64,000 nt of DNA, taken from assembly GCF_009914755.1 (NCBI RefSeq), contig NC_060938.1. The stretch is one strand, 5' to 3'. A model generated the notes under the pieces. That model was not told the origin of the DNA and made no database searches. It saw nothing but the letters and a program-made list of their open reading frames with translations. Below are positions 1-15,000 of this stretch, piece by piece. Made by a program: the position numbers and the translations under genes. Every line of letters starts with the position of its first letter. Positions within the stretch are counted from its first letter, which is position 1. Source of the DNA: the human T2T-CHM13v2.0 reference genome, Homo sapiens.

Positions 1-3000
1 ACTGCTGCTGGGTTCTGAACGTTTCTCACTCACATAGGGTTCAAGAAAACTGCTATGAAGGTCTTAATGTTTGTCCATCAGTAAGGATTCCAGAATACTG
101 CTTCAGGGATCTGAATGTTTGTTTCATACATAGGATTCCAGAACCCTGTTTCGAGTTTCTGGATATTTGTCCCACACAGAGGATTCTAGAACACTGCTGC
201 TGGTTTCTGAGGGTTTGTCACTCACATAGGATTCCAGAACACTGCTACTGGGTTCTGAGTGTTTCTCCCTCACATAGGATTTCAGAACACTGCTGCTGGG
301 TTCTGAGTGTTTGATCCTCACATGGGATTCCAGAACAATGCTAAGAAGTTCTGAGTCTATGTCGATCATACCGGATTCCAAAACACTGCTGCTGGGTTCT
401 GAGCGTTTGTCCCTCACATTGTATTCCAGAAGATTGCTGCTGGGTTCTGAGTGTTTGTTCCTCACATAGGATTCCAGAACACTGCTACTAGGTTCTGAAT
501 GTTTGCCCATCACAAAGGATTCCAGAACACTTCTGTGGGGTTCTGAGTGTTTGTCCCTCACAAAGGATTCCAGAGAACTGCCGCTGGTTTCTGAGTGTTT
601 GTCCCTCACAAAGGATTCCAGAGAACTGCCGCTGGTTTCTGAGTGTCCCTCACAAAGGATTCCAGAGAACTGCTGCTGGTTTCTGAGTGTTTGTCCCTCA
701 GATAGGATTACAGAAAGCTTTTGAGAGTGTCTGAACGTTTGTCAATTAAATAGGATTCCAGAACACAGTGGCTAGGAACTCAGTGTTTGTCCCTCACGTA
801 GGATTCCAGAACAATGCTACGAGCATCTGAATGTTTGTCCATTCCAAAGGATTCCAGAACACTGCTACTGGGATCTGAGTGTTTGTCCCTCACGTGGGAC
901 TCCAGAACACTGCTTCGAGGTTCTGAAAGTTTGTCCCTCACAAGGAATTCAAGAAAACAGCTGCTGGGTTCTGAGTCTTTGCCCCTAACATAGGATTCCA
1001 GAACACTGCTGCTGGGTTCTGAGTGTTTGCCCCTCACATGGGATTCCAGAACACTGCTGCTGGGTTCAGAGTATTTGTCCCTCACATAAGATTCCAGAAC
1101 ACTGCTGAGAGGTTCTGAATGTTTCTACCTCACAAAGGATTACAGAGCACTGCTGCTGGTTTCTGAGTATTTGTCCCTCACATAGGATTCCAGAACACTT
1201 CTAAGAGTGTCTGAAAGTTTGTCCCTCAGACAGGATTCCAGAACCCTGCTTCTTGGTTCTGAGGGATTGTACCTCACTTAGGATTCCGAAACACTGCTGC
1301 TGGGATCTGAGTGTTTGTCCCTTACATAGAATTCCAAAAAACTGCTACGAAGTTCTGAATGTTTTTTGCTCACATAGGATTCCAGAAAAATGTTGCTGCT
1401 TTCTGAGTGTTTGTCCCTCACGTAGGATTCCAGAACACTGCTGCGAGTGTCTGAATGTTTATCCCTCACTAAGGATTCCAGAACACTTCTACTGGGTTCT
1501 GAGTGTTAGTCCCTCATATTAGGTTCCTCGACAATGCTACAAGTGTCTGAATATTTTTCCCTCACATAGGATTCCAAAACACCGCTGTTGGGTTGTGTTT
1601 GTTTGTCCTTCACAAAGGATTCCAGAGCACTGCTTCAGGTTTCTTAGTGTTTGTCCCTCACATAGGATTCCAGAACACTTCTACGAAAGTCTGAATGTTT
1701 GTCCCTCAGATAGTATTATAGAACACAGTGGCTGGGTACTGAGTGTTTGTCCCTCATAAAGTATTCCAGAACACTGCTGCTGGGTTCTGAGTGTTTGTCC
1801 CTCACATAGGATTCCAGAACACTGCTTCGAGCGTCTGAACGTCTGTGCCTCACAAAGGATTCTAGAACACTACTGCTGGTTTCTGAGTGTTTGTCACTCA
1901 CATAGGATTCCAGAACACTACTGCTGGTTTCTGAGTGTTTCTTCCTCACATGTGATTCCAGAACACTGCTATGAACTTCTGAATCTTTGTTGATCACATA
2001 GGATTCCAAAACATTGCTGTTGGGTTCTGAGTGTTTTTCCTTCTCATAAGATTCCAGAACACTTTTACTGGGTTCTGAGTGTTTTTCCCTCACACTATTC
2101 CAGAACAATGCTACGAGAGTCTCAAAGATTTTCCCTCACAAAGGATTCCAGAATATTGCTGCTGGGTTCTGAGTGTCTGTCACTCACATAGGATTACAGA
2201 ACGCTACTGCTGGGTTCTGAGTGTTTTTCCCTCACTTAGGATTCCAGAACACTGCTGCTGGCTTCTGAGTGTTGTCCCTCACATATGATTCCAGAACACT
2301 CATGCTGGGTTCTGAGTGTTTATCCCTCATATAGGATTCCAGAAGACTGCTACGGAGTTCTGAGCTTTTGTCCCTCACATAGGATTCCAGAACACTTCTA
2401 CGAGTATCTGAATGTTTGTCCCTCAGATAGGATTCCAGAACACATTGGCTGGGTTCTCAGTGTTTGTCCCTCACATACGATACCAGAACACTGCTTTCAG
2501 GTTCTGAAGGTTTGTCCCTCACAAAGGATTCTATAACACTGCTTCTGGGTTCTGAGTGTTTTTCACTCACATGGGATTACAGAACACTGCTGCTGGGTTC
2601 TGAGTGTTTGTCCCTCACATGGGATTCCAAAACACTGCTTCTGGGTTCAGAGGGTTTCTTCCACACATACTATACCAGAACACTGCTATGAGGTTCTGAA
2701 TGTTTGTCCCTCACAAAGGATTCCAGAACACTGCTGCTGGGTTCTGAGTGTTTGTCCCTCTCATAGGATTCTAGAACACTACTGCTGCGTTCTGATTGCT
2801 TGTCACTCACATTAATTACAAAACACTGCTGCTGGGTTCTGTATGTTTGTCCCTCTCAAAGGATTCCTGTGCACTGCTGCTGGTTTCTGAGAGTTTGTCC
2901 CTCACATAGGATTCCAGTACACCTCTAAGAGTCTCTGAACTTTGTCGATCACACAGGATGCCAGAACACTGCTGCTGGGTTCTCAGTGTTTGTCCATCAC

Positions 3001-6000
3001 ATAGGATTCCAGAACACTACTACTGGGTTCTGTTTGTTTGTCCGTCACAAAGCATTACAGATCACCGCTGCTGGGTCCTGGGTGTTTCTGCCTAACATAG
3101 GATTCCAGAACACTGCTTGGAGGGTCTGAATGGTTGTCCCTCAGAAAAGATTCCAGAACACGGCTGCTGGGTTTTGAGTGCTTGTCCCTCACAAAGGTTT
3201 CTAGAACATTGCTGCTGGGTTCTGAATGTTTGTCCCTCACAAAGGAATCTAGAACACTGCTGCTGGTTTCTGAGTATTTCTCCCTCACTTACGATTCCAG
3301 AACACTGCTGCTGGGTTCTGAGGGTTTTTCCCTCACATAGGATTACAGAACACTGCTGCTGGGTTCTGAGTGTTTGTCCCTCACATATGATTCCAGAACA
3401 CGGCTGCGAGGGTCTGAATGTTTGTCCATCATAAAGTATTCCAGAACACTGCTGCTGGGTTCTGAGTGTTTGTCCCTCACATAGGATTCCAGAACACTGC
3501 AACGACGCTCTGAATGTTTGTCCATTCCAAAGGATTCCAGAACAGTGCTGTTGGGTTCTGAGTTTTTGTCCCTTTCATAGGATTCCAGAACAAAGTTTTG
3601 AGGTTCTCATTGTTTGTCCCTCACAAAGATTTCTGGAGTACTACTGCTGGCTTGTGTTTGTCACTCTCATAGGATTCCAGAAATCTACTGCTGGGTTCTG
3701 AGTGTTTGTCCCTCACGTTGGATTCCAGAACACTTCTACAAGTTTCTGAATGTATGTCCCTCGGATAGGATTCCAGAACACAGTGGCTGGGTTCTGCGTG
3801 CTTGTCCCCCACGTAGGATTCCAGAATACTGCTGTGAATATCTGAATGTTTCTCTCTCACATAAGATTTCAGAACACTGCAGCTGGGTTATGAACCTTTG
3901 TCAATCACATAGGATTATAGAAAACTGCTACGAGAGTCTGAATGTTTGTCCATCCCAAAGGATTCCACAACACTGCTGCTGGTATCTGAGTGTTTCTCCC
4001 TCACATAGGATTCCACAATCTTGCTTCCATGTTCCGAATATTTGTCCCTCATAGAGGATTCTAGAACACTGCTGCCAGTTCTGAGGGTTTGTCACTCACA
4101 TAAGATTCCAGAACACTGTTGAAGGGTTCTGAGTGTTTATCCCTCACGTTGGATTCCAGAACACTGCTGCTGGGTTCAGAGTGATTGTCCCTCACATACA
4201 ATTCCAAAACAATGCTATGAGGTTCTGAAAGTTTGTCCTTCACAAAGGATTCCAGAACACTGCTTCTGGGTTCTGAGAGTTTCTCCCTCACTTAGGATTA
4301 CAGAACACTACTGCTGGGTTCTGAGTGTTTGTCCGTCACATAAGATTCCAGAACACTGCTGCTGGGTTCTGAGTGTTTGTCCCGCACATGGGATTCCAGC
4401 ACACAGCTACGAAGTTGTAAATCTTTATTGATCACGCAGGATTCCAAAACACTGCTGCTGGATTCTGAGTGTCCTCACATAGGAATCCAGAGCACTGCTG
4501 CTGGGTTCTGAGTGTTTGTCCCTCACATAGGATTCCAGAACACTGCTACGAGGGTCTGAATGTTTGCCCATCACAAAGGATTCCAGAACACTGCGGCTGG
4601 GTTCTGAGTGTTTGCCCTAACATAGGATTCCAGAGCACTGCTGTTGGTTTCTGAGTGTTTGTTCCTTACATAGGATTCCAGAACCCTTATACGAGTGTCT
4701 CAATGTTTGTCCCTCAGATAGGATTCCAGAACACAGTGGCTGGGTTCTGAGTGTTTGTCCCTCACATAGGATTCCAGAACACTGCTATGAGGGTCTGAAT
4801 GTTTGTCCATCACATTGGATTCCGGAGCACTGCTGCTGGGTTCTGAGTGTTTGTCTCCCACCTGGGATTCCAGAACACTGCTTCGAAGGTCTCACTGTTT
4901 GTCCCTCACAAAAGATTCTAGAGCACTGCTGCTGGCTTCTGAGTGTTTTACTCTCACATAGGATTCCAGAAAACTGCTGCTGGGATCTGCGTGGTTGTCC
5001 CTCACATGGGATTCCAGAACACTGCTGCTGGGTTCTGAGTGTTTGTCACTCACATACGATTCCAGAACACTGCTGACGGGTTCTGAGATTTTGTCTCTCA
5101 TATGGGATTCTAGAACACTGCTGCTGGGTTCTGAGGGTTTGTCACACATAGGATTCCAGAACACTGCTAGGAGGTTCCGTATGTTTGTCCCTCACATAGG
5201 ATTCCAAAACACTGCTGCTGGGTTCCGTATGTTTGTACCTCACAAAGGATTCCTGAGCACTGCTGCTGGTTTCTGACTGTTTGTCCCTCAGAAAGGATTC
5301 CAGAACACAGTGGCTGGGTTCTGAGTGTTTGTTCTCCACATGGGATTCCCAAATACTGCTACGACGTTCTGAATGCTTGTCTCTCACATAGGATTTCAGA
5401 ACACTGTTGCTGGGTTCTGAAGGTGTGTCCCTCACGTAGGATTCCAGAACACTGCTATGAGGGTCTCAATGTTTTTTCCTCACAAAGTATTCCAGAACAC
5501 TACATCTGGGTTCCGTTTGTTTGTGCCTCACAAAGGTTTCCAGAGCACAGCTGCTGGTTTCTGTGACTTTGTCCCTCACAAAGGATTCTTGAACACTTCT
5601 ACTAGTGTCTGAATATTTGTCCCTCAGATAGGAATGCAGAACACATTGGCTGAGATCTGAGTGTTTGTCCCTCACTTAGAATTCCAGAACACTGCTGCTG
5701 GGTTCTGAGTGTTGTCCCTCACATAGGATTCCAGAATCCTACTGATGGGTTCTGAGTGTTTGTCACCCACATAGTATTCCGGAAGAATGCTGCTGTGTTC
5801 TGAGTGTTTTTATCTGACATAGGATTCCAGAAAAATGGTGCTGTCTTCTGAGTATTTGTCCAACACATAGGATTCCAGAACACTGCTGTTGCATTCTGAG
5901 TGTTTGTCCCTCATATAGAATTCCAGAACTCTGCTGCTGGGTTCTGACTGTCTGTCCCTCACATACGATTCCCGAACACTCCTAGGAGGTACTGAATGTT

Positions 6001-9000
6001 TTTCCCTCACATAGGTTTCCAAAACACAGCTGCTGGATTCTGTATGTTTCTCCCTCACAAAGGATTCCTGAGCACTGCTGCTGTGTTCTGAGTGTTTGTT
6101 CCTCACATAGGAATCCGGAACACTTCTGTTGCTTTCTTAGTGTTTCTCCCTCAAATAGGATTCCAGAACACTACTACGACGGTCTGAATATTTGTCCATC
6201 ACAAAGGAATCCAGAACACTGCTGCTGGGTTCTGAGTGTTTGTCCCTAACATAGGATGCCAGAACACTGCTTCGAGGGTCTCAAGGTTTGTCCCTCACAA
6301 AGGATTCTAGACAACTGCTGCTGCCTTCTGAGTGTTTGTCACTCACATAGGATTCCGGAAAACTGCTGCTGGTTTCTGAGTGTTTGTCCCTCACATGGTA
6401 TTCCAGAAGACTGCTGCTGGGTTCTGAGTGTTTGTCACTCACATAGGATCCAGAACACGGCTGCAGGGATCTGAGTGTTTGCCCCTCACATAGGATTCCA
6501 GAACATGGCTGCTGGGTTCTGAATGTTTGTCCCTCCCAAATGATTCCTGGGGACTGCTGCTGGGTTTTAAGTGTTTGTCTCTCACATTGGATTCGTGAAC
6601 ACTGCTACGAAGTTATGAATCTTTGTCACTCACACGGCATTCCAAAACACTGCCTCTGGGTTCTGAGTGTCTGTCCCTCAAAAAGGATTCGATAACACTG
6701 TTACGAGGGTCTTTATGTTTTTCTCTCAGAAAGGATTCCAGAACACGGCTCTTGGGTTCTGTTTGTTTGTCCCTCAAAAAGGACTCAGAGCATTGCTGCT
6801 GGATTCAGAATGTTTGTCCCTCACATAGGATTCCAGAACACTTCGACGAGTGTCTGAATGTTTGTCCCTCAGATAAGATTCCAGAACACAGTGGCTGTGC
6901 TTTGAGTGCTTGTCTTTTACATAAGATTCCAGAACACTGCTATTAAGTTTTGAATATTTGTCACTCACATAGGATTGAAGAACACTGCTGCTGTGTTCTG
7001 TGCTTTTATTCCTCACATAGGATTCCAGAACACTGTTGCTGGGTTTTGAGAGTTTGTCCCTCACATAGGATTCCAGAACACTGCTACGGGGATCTGAATG
7101 TTTTTCCCTCACAAACGATTCCAGAACACTGCTGCTGGCTTTGTTTGTTTATCCTCACAAAGGATTCCAAAACACAGCTGCTGGTTTCTGGGTGTTTTTC
7201 CAACACATAGGATTCCGGAACACTTATATGAGTGCCTGAATGTTTGTCTCTCTGATAGGATTCCAGAAAACAGCGGCTGGGTTCTGACTGTTTGTCCCTC
7301 CCATAAGACTCCAGAACACTTCTGCTGGGTTCTGAGTGTTTGTCCCCAACATAGGATTCCACAACACTGCCACTGGGTTCTGAGTGTTTGTCCCGCACCT
7401 GAGATTCCAGAACACTGCTACTAAGTTCTGAATCTTTGTCGCTCACACAGGATTCCAAAACACTGCTGCTGGGTTCTGAGTGTTTGTCCCTGACATAGGA
7501 TTCCAGACCACGGCTGCTGGGTTCTGAGTGTTTGTCCCTCACATGGGATTCCAGAACACTGCTGGTTGGTTCAGAGTGTTTGTCCATCACATAGGATTCC
7601 GGAACGCTGCTGCTGGGTTCTGAGTGTTTGTCCCTCCATAGGATTCCAGAACACTTCTGCTGGGTTCTGAGTGTGTGTCCCTCACATAGAATTCCACAAC
7701 ACTGCTGCTGGATTCTGAGTGTTTATCCCTCACATAGGATTCCAGAACACTGCTATAGGGTTCTGAGTGTTTGCCCCTCACATAGGATGCCAGAACACTG
7801 CTACGAGTGTCTGAATGTTTGTCCTTAACAAAGGATTCCAGAACACTGCTGCTGGGTTCGGACTGTTTGTCCCTCACATAGGATTCCAGAACATTGCTTC
7901 GAGTGTCTGAATGTTTGTCCCTCACAAAGGATTCTGCAACATTGCTGCTGGGTTCTGAGTGTTTCTCACTGATATAGGATTCCAGAACATGGCTGCTGGG
8001 TTCTGAGTGTTTGTTCCTCACATGGGATTCCAGAACACTTCTGCTGGGTTAAGAGTGTTTGTCACTCACACAGAATTTCAGAAAACTGCTAAGAGGTTCT
8101 GAAGGTTTGTCCCTCACACAGGATTCCAGAACACTTCTGCTGGGTTCTGAGTGTTTGTTCCTCACATAGGATTCCAGAACACTGCTGCTGGGTTCTGTTT
8201 GTTTGTCCCTCACAAAGGATTACAGAGCACTGCTGCTGGGTTCTGAGTGTTTGTCTCTCACTTAGGAATCCAGAGCAATGCTGCTGGTTTCTGAGTGTTT
8301 GTCCCTCACATAGGATTCCGAAACATGGGTGCTGGGTTCTCAGTGTTTGTCCCTCACATAGGATACCAGAAAACTGCTGCTGGGTTCAGAGTGTTTGTCC
8401 CTCACATAGGATTCCAGAACACTGCTAGGAGGTTCTGAGAGTTTGTCCCTCACAATAGACTCCACAACACTGCTGCCGGGTTCTGAGAGTTTGTCCCTCA
8501 CATAGGATTCCGGAACACTTCTGCTGGGTTCTGTTCGTTAGTCCCGCACAAAGGATTACAGAGCACTGCTGATGGTTTCTGAGTGTTTGTCCCTCATCTA
8601 GGATTCCAGTACACTTCTTCGGGTCTCTGAAGGTTTGTCCCTCACAAAGGATTCTAGAACACTGCTGTTGGGTTCTGAATGCTTGTCCCTCACATCTGAT
8701 TCCAGAACACTGCTGCTCAGTTCTGAGTGTTTCTCCCTCATATAGGACTCCAGAACACTGCTAGGAGGTTCTGAATGTTTTTCCCTCACAAACGATTCCA
8801 GAACACTGCTGCTGGGTTCTGTTTGTCTCTCACAAGGGATTCCAGACAACCGCTACATGTTTCTTAGTGTTTGACCCTCACATGGGATTCCATAGCACTT
8901 CTACGAGTGTCTGAATGTTTGTCCCTCAGGTAGGATTCCAGAGCACAGTGGCTGGGTTCTGAGTGTTTGTCCCTCACATAGGATTCCAGAACACTGCCAC

Positions 9001-12000
9001 TGTGTTCTGTTTCTTTGTTCCTCACAAAGGATTACAGAGCACTGTTGCTGAGTTTTGAGTGTTTGTCCCTCACATAGGATTCCAGAACACTGCTTCGAGT
9101 GTCTGAAGGTTTGTCCCTCACAAAGGATTGTAGAACACTGTTGCTCGGTTCTGAGTGTTTGTCCCTCACATGAGATTCCAGAAGACTGCTGCTGGGTTCT
9201 GAGAGATTGTCCCTCACAAAGGATTCCAGAACACTGCTGTTGGGTTCTCTTTGTTTTTCCTCACAAAGGATTCCACAGCACCACTGCTGGTTTCTCAGTG
9301 TTTGGCCCTCACGTAGGATTCCAGAACAATTCTAGGAGTGTCTGAATGTTTGTCTCTCAGATAGTACTCCAGAACACAGTGGCTGCGTTCTGAGTGTTTG
9401 TCCCTCACATAGGATTCCAGAACACTGCTGCTGGGTTCTGAGTGTTTGTCCCTCACACAAGATTTCAGAACACTGCTGCTGCGTTCTGAGTGTTTATCCC
9501 TCACATAGGATTCCAGAACGCTGATACTGGGTTCTGAGTGTTTGTATCTCACATGGGATCCTAGAACACACCTATGAGGGTCTAAAAGTTTGTCCATCAC
9601 AAAGGATTCCAGAACACTGCTTCTGGGTTCTGAATGTTTGTCCTTCACATATGACTCCAGAACACTGTTTCGAGTGCCTGAGTGTTTGTCGCTCACATAT
9701 GATTCCAGAACACAGTGGCTGGGTTTTGAGTGTTTGTCTCTCACATAGGATTTCAGAACACTGCTACGAGGTTATGAATGTTTGTCCCTCACAAAGGATT
9801 CCAGAACACTACTGCTGGGTTCTGAGTGCTTGTCCCTCACATAGGATTCCAGAACACTGCTGCTGGGTTCTGTTTGTTTGTCCGTCACAAAGGATTACAG
9901 AGCACTGCTGCTGGGTTCTGAGTGTTTGTCCCTCACATAGGATTACAGAACATTGCCGCTGGGTTCTGAGTGTTTGTACCTCCCATAGGATTCCAGAACA
10001 CTGCTGCTGGGTTCTGAGTGTTTGTCCCTCACATTGGATTCGTGAACACTGCTATGAAATTCTGAATCTTTGCAGCTCACACGAGATTCCAAAACACTGC
10101 TGCTGCGTCCTGAGTGTTTGTCCCTCCCATAGGATTCCAGAACACTGTTAGGAGGGTCTTAATGTTTTTCTCTCAGAATGGATTCCAGAACACTGCTGCT
10201 GGGTTCTGTTTATTTGTCCCTCACAAAGGACTCCAGAGCACTGCTGCTGGATTCTGAGTGTTTGTCCCTCACGTAGGATTCCAGAACAATTCTACTAGTG
10301 TCTGAATGTTTGTCCCTCCGATAGGATTCCAGAACAGTGGCAGGGTTTTTAGTGTTTGTCCCTCACATAGGATTCCAGAACATTGCTACGAAGTTCTGAA
10401 TGTTTGTCGCTCACATAGGATTCCAGAACACTGTTGCTGTATTCTGTGTGTTTGTCTCTCACATAGGATTCCAGAACACTGCTGATAGGTTCTGAGAGTT
10501 TTTCCATCACATAGGATTCCAGAACACTGCTACGAGTGTCTGAATGTTTTTCCCACACAAGTGATTGCACAACACTGCGGCTGGTTCTGTTTGTTTTTCC
10601 GCTGAAATGATTCCAGAGCACAGCTGCTGGCTTCTGCGTGTTTTTCAATCACGTAGGATTCCAGAACAATTCTATGAGTGTCTGAATGTTTGTCTCTCAC
10701 ATAGGATTCCAGAACACTGCTGCTGGTTTCTGATTGTTTGTCCCTCACATAGGATTCCAGAACACTGCGGCTGGGTTCTGAGTGTTTGTCCCTCACATGG
10801 GATTCCAGAACACTGCTACGAATTCTGAATCTTTGTCCTTCACACAGGATTATGATACACTGCTGCTGGGTTCTGAGGGTTTTTACCTCACATAGGGTTC
10901 CAGAACACTGCTACGAATTCTGAATCTTTGTCCTTCACACAGGATTATGATACACTGCTGCTGGGTTCTGAGGGTTTTTACCTCATATAGGGTTCCAGAA
11001 CACTGCTGCTGGGTTCTGAGTGTTTGTCCCCGACATAGGATTCCAGAACAGAGATGCTGGGTTCTGAGTGTTTGTCACTCACATGGAATTCCAAAATACT
11101 GATGTTGGGTTCGGAGTGTTTCTCCCTCACATACGAATCCAGAACACTGCTATGAGTTTCTGAATGTTTGTCCCAAACAGAGGATTCCAGAACACTGCTG
11201 GTGGGTTATGAGTGTTGTCCCTCACATACGATTTGAGAACACTGCTGCTGGGTTGTGAGTGTTTTTCCCTCACATAGGATTCCAGAACACTGCTGCAGGG
11301 TTCTGAGTGTTTAGCCCTCACATGGGATTCCAGAACACTGTTACGAATTTCTGAATCTTTCTCGATCACACAGGATTCCAAAACACTGCTGCCATTTTCT
11401 GAGTGTTTGTCCCTCACATAGGATTCCAGAACACTGCTGCTGGGTTCTGAGAGTTTGTCCCTCACATATGATTCCAGAACACTTCTAGGACGGTCTGAAT
11501 GTTTGTCCATCACAAAGGATTCCAGAACACTGCTGCTGGGTTCTGAGTGTTTGTCCCTCACATAGGATTTCAGAACACTTCTAGGACGGTCTGAATGTTT
11601 GTCCATCACAAAGGATTCCAGAACACTGCTGCTGGGTTCTGAGTGTTTGTCCCTCACATAGGATTTCAGAACACTTCTAGGACGGTCTGAATGTTTGTCC
11701 ATCACAAAGGATTCCAGAACACTGCTGCTGGGTTCTGAGTGTTTGTCCCTCACATAGGATTTCAGAACATAGCTTCAAGGGTCCCAATGTTTGTCCCTCA
11801 CAAAGGAATCTAGAGCTCTGCTGCTGGTTCCTGTGTGTCACTCACATAGGATTCCAGAAAACTACTGCTGGGTTCGGAGTGTTTATCCCTCACATGGGAC
11901 TTCCAGAACACTGCTTCTGGGTTCTGAGTGTCTCTCACATAGGATTCCAGAACACTGCTGCTGGGTTCTGAGTGTTTGTCCCGCACATAGGATTCCAGGA

Positions 12001-15000
12001 GACAACTACTGTGTTCTGAATGTTTGTCCCTCACATAGGATTCCAAAACACTTCTACGAGTGTCTGAAATTTGTTCCTCAGGTAGTATTCCAGAACACAG
12101 TGGCTGGGTTCTGAATGTTTGTCCCTCACACAGGATTCCGGAACACTACTGCTGGGTTTTGAGGATTTGTCCCTAACATTGGATTCCCGAACCCAGCCAC
12201 TGTGTTCTGAGTGATTGTCCCTCACATATGATTCCAGAACACTGCTTCGAGGGTCTGCAGGTTTGTCCCTGACAAAGGATTCTAGAACACTGCTGCTGAT
12301 TTCTGAGTGTTTGTCCCTCACATGGTATTACAAAACACCGCTGCTGGGTTCAGGGTGTTTGTTCCTCACATATGATTCCAGAACACTGCTACGAGATTCC
12401 GAATTTTTGTCCCTCACAAACGATTCTAGAACATTGCTGCTGTGTTGTGAGTGTTTGTTCCTCATATAGGATTCCAGAACACAGTGGCTGGGTACTGAGC
12501 GTTTGTCCCTCACAAAGATTCTAGAACACTGCTCTGGGTCCTGAGTGTTTGTCCCTTAAATAAGATTCCAGAACACTTCTGCTGGGTTATGAGTGTTTGT
12601 CACTGACATAGGATTCCAGAACACTGCTGCTGGGTTCTGAGGGGTTGTCCCTCACATGGGATTCCAGAACACTGCAGCTGGGTTCTCAGTGTTAGTCCCT
12701 CACATAGGATTCCAGAATATTGCTACTGGATTCTGAGAGTTTTTCACTCACATAGGATTTCAGAACACTGCTAAGATGTTCTGAATGTTTGTCTCTCAAA
12801 AATGATTCTAGAAAACTGCTGCTGGGTTCTGAGTGTTTGTCCCTCACAAAGGATTCTAGGACACTGCTGCTGGGATCTGAGTGTTTGTCCCTCACATAGG
12901 ATTCCAGAACACTGCTGCTGCGTTCTGAATGGTTGTCACTCACATGGGATTCCAGAACACTGGTGCTGAGTTCTGAGGGTTTGTCCCTCACACAGGATTC
13001 CAAAACACAGCTGCTGGGTCTGAGTGTTTGTCCGTCACATAGCATTCCAGAACACTGTTGCTGGTTTCTGAGAGTTTGTCACTCACATAGGATTCCAAAA
13101 GCCTGCTTCTCGGTTCTGTATGTTTGTCTCTCACAAAGGATTCCCGAGCACTGCTGTTGGGTTCTGAGTTTTTGTCCCACACATAGGATTCCAGAACACG
13201 TCTACGATCATCTGAAAGTTTGTCCCTCAGATAGCATTCCAGAACCCACTTGCTGGGTTCTGAGTGTTTGTCCCTCACGTGGGATTCCAAAACACTGCTG
13301 CAGGGATGAGGGTGTTTGTTGCTCACAAGGGATTCCAGAACACTGCTAGGATGTTCTGAATGTTAGTCCCTCACAGAGTATTCTAAAACAATGCTGCTGG
13401 GTTCCGAGTGCTTTTCCCTCACAAAGGATTGTAGAACACTGCTGCTGGGATCTGAGTGTTTCTCCCTCACATACGATTCCAGAACACTTCTTCGAGGGTC
13501 TGAAATTTTGTTCCTCATAAAGGAAACTAGAACACTGCTGCTGGGTTCTGATTGTTTTTCACTCACATAGGATTCCAGAACACTGCTGCTGGTTTCTGAG
13601 GGTTTGTCCCTCACATACGAGTCCAGAACACACCTATGAGAGTCTGAATGTTTGTCTATCACAAAGGATTCCAGAACACTACTGCTGGATTCTGAGTGTT
13701 TGTCCCGCACATGGGATACCAGAACCCTGCTGCTGGGTTTTGAGTGTTTGTCCCTCACATAGGATTCCAGAGCACAGCTGCTGGGTTCTGACTGTTGTAC
13801 CTCACATAGGATTCCAGAACACTGCTGCTGGGTTCTGAGCACTTGTCCCTCACATGGGATTCCAGAACACTGATGCTGGATTCAGAATGTTTGTCCCTCA
13901 CATATGATTCCAGAGCACTGCTAGGAGGTTCTGAATGTTAGTCCCTCAAAAAGGATTCTAGAAAACTGCTGCTGGGTTTTGAGTGTTTCTTTCTCACAAA
14001 GGATTCCAGAACGCTGCTGCTGGGTTCTGAGTGCTTGTCCCTCACAAAGGATTCTAGAATACTGCTGCTGGGTTCTGAGGGTGTGTCCCTCATATAGGAT
14101 TCCAGAACACTGCTGCTGGGTTCTGAGTGTTTATAACACACATAGTATTCTAGAACACTGCTGCTGGCTTCTGAGTGTTTGTCCCTCACATAGAATTCCA
14201 GAATACTGCTACGAAGTTCTGAAAGTTTGTCGCTGACATAAGATTCCAGAACACTGCTGCTGTGTTCTGAGTGGTTTTCCCTCATATAGGATTCCAGATC
14301 ACTGCTGCTGGGTTCTGAGTGTTTGTCCCTTACATGGGATTCCAGAACAGTGCTACGAGGGTCTGAGAGTTTATCCCTCACAAAGGCTTCCAGAACACTG
14401 CTGCTGGGTTCTGAGTGTTTCTCCCTCATATTGGATTCCAGAACAATACTACGAGGGTCTGAATGTTTTTCCCTCGCATGTGATTCCAGAACATGGTTAC
14501 GAGGGTGTGAAATTTTTCCTTTCCAAATGACTCCAGAACACTGCTTCTAGGTTCTGAGTGTTTGTCCCTCATATAGGATGCCAGAATCCTGCTACGAGGG
14601 TCTGAATGTTTTTCCCACACGTAGTATTCCAAAACACTGCTACGAGGTTCTGAATGTCTTTCCCTCACAAAGGATTGTAGAACACTGCTACTGGGTTCTG
14701 TTTGTTTATCCCTCACAAAGTATTCAAGAGAACTGCTGCTGATTTCTTAGTGTTTCTCCCTTACATAGGAATCCAGAAAACTTCTACAAGGTACTGAATG
14801 TTTGCCCTCAGATTGGATTCCAGTACACAGTGGCTGGATTATGAGTTTTTGTCCCTCACATAGGATTCCAGAACACTGTTACGAGGTTATGAATGCTTGT
14901 CCCTCACAAAGGATTCTAGAACACTGCTGCTGGGTTCTGAGTGTTTGTCCCTCACATTGGACTCCAGAACACTGCTGCTGGATTCTGAGTGTTTGTCGGT

